DNA of 64,000 bases from Azolla caroliniana (Eukaryota; Plantae; Polypodiophyta), in the NCBI GenBank assembly GCA_043228905.1, contig JBHGNT010000004.1, forward strand, positions 10,850,001 through 10,914,000. Reading direction: 5' to 3'. The notes below the pieces were generated by a model. That model did not search any database and was not told the DNA's origin. It saw only the letters and a program-made list of their open reading frames with translations. Of this stretch, positions 60,001 to 64,000 are shown in pieces. How positions within the stretch are numbered: the first letter of the stretch is position 1; the number at the start of each line of letters is the position of its first letter. The position numbers and the translations under genes are program-made.

Positions 60001-62273
60001 TGGACCTAGTGATTTACTCCGAGCAGTCGGGTATATCAATGGAACACAAGCAGATTTCTTGTTTGATTCCAGTAGTTCTCACAATTTTCTTAATGATCAC
60101 TTTGTGCAGCAAATGGAACTCCAATAAATGCAAGTGATCATATCTATCAAGTTCACATGGCAAATGGAAGTGTTCAATACATCAGTGGCATTGTTTGTCA
60201 ACTACCAATTCAAATAGATACCTATTTGGAGAAGCTTGACTTTCATGTTATGAAATTACAATCTACATATGTCATTTTAGGATACCCTTGGTTTTTTAAT
60301 AAAAACCCTTCTTTGTCCATTGATTGGGTTAATCACTCAATCACATTTGAACTTAATAATTGTAAACATTTTATTCAATGTTCCAAAGTTCCTTCTCGTT
60401 CTCTTGTGTCTTCTAAATCTTTAAGTGAGTATTCTAGTTTATTAATTTATTCGTGTGTAATTGATCCTGCGCTTCAATTTTATTATTTTAAAATTGATGC
60501 CACACCATTACCACATTATGAACAACGATTAGCTAACTCTATTTTAGATGATTTTCAAGACGTGTTTCCTAATGAATTGCCGCTTACTTTACCACCAAAA
60601 CGTAATGTGGACCATCAAATTGAACTCATCCCCGGTGCTGCTCCTATGAGCATTCCACCTTACCAACTTAGTCGATTAGAAGAGGATGAGATTGTTAAAC
60701 AACTTAAGGAATACTTGAGTATGGGCCACATTAGGTATAGTAAATCACCTTGGGGTGCGCCAGTTCTATTAGTTAAGAAGAAGGAAGGTTCATGGAGAAT
60801 GCGTATCAATTATCGCCGTTTGAATAAAATGACAATTAAAAATGCATATCCATTACCTCGTGCCGATGATTTGACTGATTGTTTGCATGGGGCCCAATAT
60901 TTTACGAAAATTGACTTACGAATAGGTTATCATCAAATTCGCATTGCCGAGGATGATATTCCTAAAATCGTTTTTCATACGCGCTATGGCCATTATGAGT
61001 TTTTAGTCATGCCTTTCGGGTTGACTAATGCTCCAACCACATTCCAGCAAGCGATGAATGACGTTTTCTGAGATAAACTCGGTGACTTTGTTGTCGTCTT
61101 CTTGGATGATATTTTGATATGTAGCCGTACCTTGCAAGATCATGTTCAACGTGTTCGATTTGTTTTGCAAAAGTTGCGTGACAACTCTTTCTATGCAAAA
61201 CATTCAAAATGTGATTTTTTCCAAAAATCTATTGTGTACCTAGGTCCTTTAATTACGGAAAATGGTGTTGAAATTGAACCTTCTTGTATTGAAAAGGTTA
61301 AACTTTGGCCCATTCCTCATAATATTCGTGAATTGTGATCATTTTTAGGGTTTGTTGTATTTTTACAAAAATCAATTCATAACTATTCCAAATTGACTAT
61401 GCCATTAACTGACCTTTTAAAAGGTCATCCACGTAAGTCTGTCAAACCAATTGCATGGAACGAAAAACTTGACAAATCATTTGAGACACTCAAAGAGCAT
61501 GTGTGTCAGGCTCCCACTCTTCTATTATTGAACCCTTCTAAGCCTTTGTCAATCAAAACCGATGCTAGTGATTATGCTATTGGTGTTATTCTTTATCAAG
61601 GATGTCACCCTATTGCTTTTGAAAGTAAGAAGCTTGATGCTGCTCAATCTCGGTATTCGGTTCAAGAGAAAGAGTTGTTTATGGTAATACATGCAATTAA
61701 AACATGGAGGCACTATCTCTATGGAAATAAATTTGTGGTTACAGCAGACCATCAATCATTTAAATATTTTTCTGACCAGTCAGATCTTGTTGGTCGTAAA
61801 GGCCGTTGGGCTAACCTTATGCAAGATTTTGATTTTCCATATGGTATCGCAAGGGTTCTATGAACACTGTTGCAGATGCTCTTAGTCACATTAAAGAAGT
61901 TAAGATGCTTAGCTTCACGGAAATAAAATTTGATCTTTTAGATCACCTTTGAGGGAAATACCTTGATGATAGTTATTTTTCGAAATACTAGATGAAAGCC
62001 GAATCTGGTTTAGATGTCAATACTAGCACCCTATCCTCGAAGGCGACCTTTCACATTACAAACGGTTTGCTCTATCGTAATGGAAAGGTTTGTGTTCTAG
62101 ATTTACCAAATGTAAAACATAAAATTCTTCATGAATGTCATGATGCACCAACTGCAGGTCATCCTGGAATACAATGCACACTCGTTCTCATCTCGAGTAC
62201 TTTTTTCTGGCCTAAGATGCACTCTAACGTGCATAAATACATAACTTAATGCTTAGAATGTCAGATTAATAAG
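57019..62273 (+). mobile_element. Ty3/gypsy element J (relative of F), 5' part, interrupted by H in IN
   Basis: LTR 57019-57487. PBS TGGTATCAAAGC 57489-57500. Gag, PR, RT and RH fragments homologous to F. LTR motif GCTCGGGGGTGGTCGGGTGGA shared with F. Confidence 0.9.
58744..58907 (+). other. Conserved putative structured cis-RNA element upstream of J gag
   Basis: Homologue of 43621-43781. Confidence 0.7.
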
Positions 62274-62312
62274 TGTAAACGTAAGTGTTTGCGGAAGCGT
62301 AAAACAGAGAAC

Positions 62313-62351
<39 letters not shown>

Positions 62352-64000
62352 TGAGAGAGAGCGAGCGAGAGAGAGAGAGAGAGCAGAACGCAATTTCAAA
62401 ATTATATCAGACTCTGTGTACACACTGTGCTAAGTAGCACTATTTATACAAGTCCTTTTGGGACTGACAGAAGTACCATGTACTTCAATGCTCACACGAG
62501 CATCTGACACTTACTACGAGACTATAGCTACCTAGTAGTCTATCCTATACTAGGCTTCCGATTGGACTTCCGGTTACGGATTGCACCCGGCCTCCACTGC
62601 TTGCCGGTTCGGTTGTTCACCGTAGTACCGATCCATTTCGCCCGATCCGTCTCGCTTACTGGCTCCGGCTTATTCAGCCGATCCGGCTCCGGTTGAGCTT
62701 GCCGCTCAACACTCCCCCTCAAGCTCAACCTGAGGTGGGGTCGTAGTGTTGACCTCTGTGGCAGTCGGTTCTTCCAACCGACTTCTCCTGGCGTCACTCC
62801 GCCTTGCTCGCGCTCCTCGTCCGGTCCAGTCTCGTTTTCCGCGACCCCTTTGGTTCTGCGCGCCTCGACCCTCTCGGTCGGCATGTCTGCTCAATAGGCC
62901 CATCTCAGCACTTACGTTGCTGTGACTCCAGCGCTTGCCGATCCGCCGGTTCTCCCACGATGGCAACGACTTCCGCTGTGTCCGTGTCCCCTTGGCCTTC
63001 ACTCGATCCGACTCATCCGGATCCATCTGTTGATCCGAGTCAGCTGTCTCCGACTCGTTCCAGCTCTTGTCCGAATCGGTACACTCCGATTCGACTTCCG
63101 GCTTCAGGCCTCTCACCACATCGGACCACTTCCGAGTCCTGGCCTTCTCCATGCTTCCTTCAGCTTCTTCAGCCGGTGAACCGAAATCGAATTCTTCATT
63201 CGACTCCGCATCATGGTCAGTACCGTCGTGATGACCTCCGCACAACATGCACTTCTCTTCCTGAGTGCACAACTCTTCTTCACAGCCGCTTGCTCCGACC
63301 TGTTCGGATGTGTCGACTTCCTTCGTCGACTCGGCTTCCTTCATCTTCTTGTCTCCTCTTCTTCCGGCTATCCTCTTACCAACGTGTTCAACAGTTTTTT
63401 GGCCTTTGCCCATTTCGGTAGAGACTTTGCCCTTGCTTCTCTCCCTCAAGTGCGGCACGTCGAGATGCTGAATACCAAGCATGTAGGTAAAGTGCTGCAA
63501 CTTGTCCGATCCGAGCGGCTTGGTGAAGATGTCGGCAACTTGCCGATCCGTATGAACATACCGTAGGTCAACTTCACCGCTCAGGACCCGCTCACGCACG
63601 AAGTGGTAGTGCACCTCGATGTGCTTTGTGCGAGCATGGAACACAGGGTTCTTGGCAAGTTGCAGGCTGCTCAAGTTATCGCAGTAAATCGGGATCGGGG
63701 TCGGTACCTCGAGCCGCAAGTCTCGCAGCAGTCGCCGACGCCAGATGGCTTCACAAGTGGCAACGGTAGCGGCCCGGTACTCAGCCTCAATGCTTGACAA
63801 AGCCACTGTGGGCTGCTTCTTGCTGCTCCACGCAACGGTCGCGCTACCTATGGAGAACATGTATCCGGAAGTGGAGCGGCGATCAGACGCATCGCCGACC
63901 CAGTCAGCATCTGTGTAACCGACAATCTCTTCGGGTATACCTCGCCGGTATAGCAGTCCCCGGTCCTTAGTGCCGCTGACATACCGTAATATTCGTTGCG
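62274..64000 (-). mobile_element. Ty1/copia element H (diverged relative of A/B/C), 3' part
   Basis: LTR 62274-62711, PPT from 62712. ORF 62706-63860 is RNase H plus a long C-terminal extension. Confidence 0.92.

Overview
Eukaryotic land-plant nuclear DNA; the cryptogam-type phytochrome suggests a non-seed plant such as a fern, but the species cannot be called. A central gene island (~12.5-30.3 kb) holds two convergent intact genes: a 4-exon phytochrome (+, 13818-25355, 1150 aa, with a copia element in its 6.9-kb intron 3) and a 4-exon 60S ribosomal protein L6 (-, 28269-29643, 235 aa). Three nests of LTR retrotransposons flank it, resolved by LTR ends, PBS, PPT and TSDs. Left: copia E contains copia A, which contains copia B and a solo LTR; a second solo LTR lies in E's LTR. 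Centre-right: chromovirus F contains copia C, which contains intact copia D. Right: copia K > chromovirus I > gypsy J > copia H. There are also two RTEX-like LINE fragments. Best leads: (1) a copia family (A/B/C/H) whose Pol reads past RNase H and an internal PPT-like tract into a 170-240 aa tail with shared motifs, ending at the LTR's first TGA; (2) a ~160-nt covarying structured element shared by the leaders of gypsy F and J; (3) tRNA-like A/B-box modules in a gypsy LTR and a gypsy leader; (4) a periodic hairpin array in the F leader; (5) a copia with TG...TT termini. All coordinates and difference counts were read by eye.
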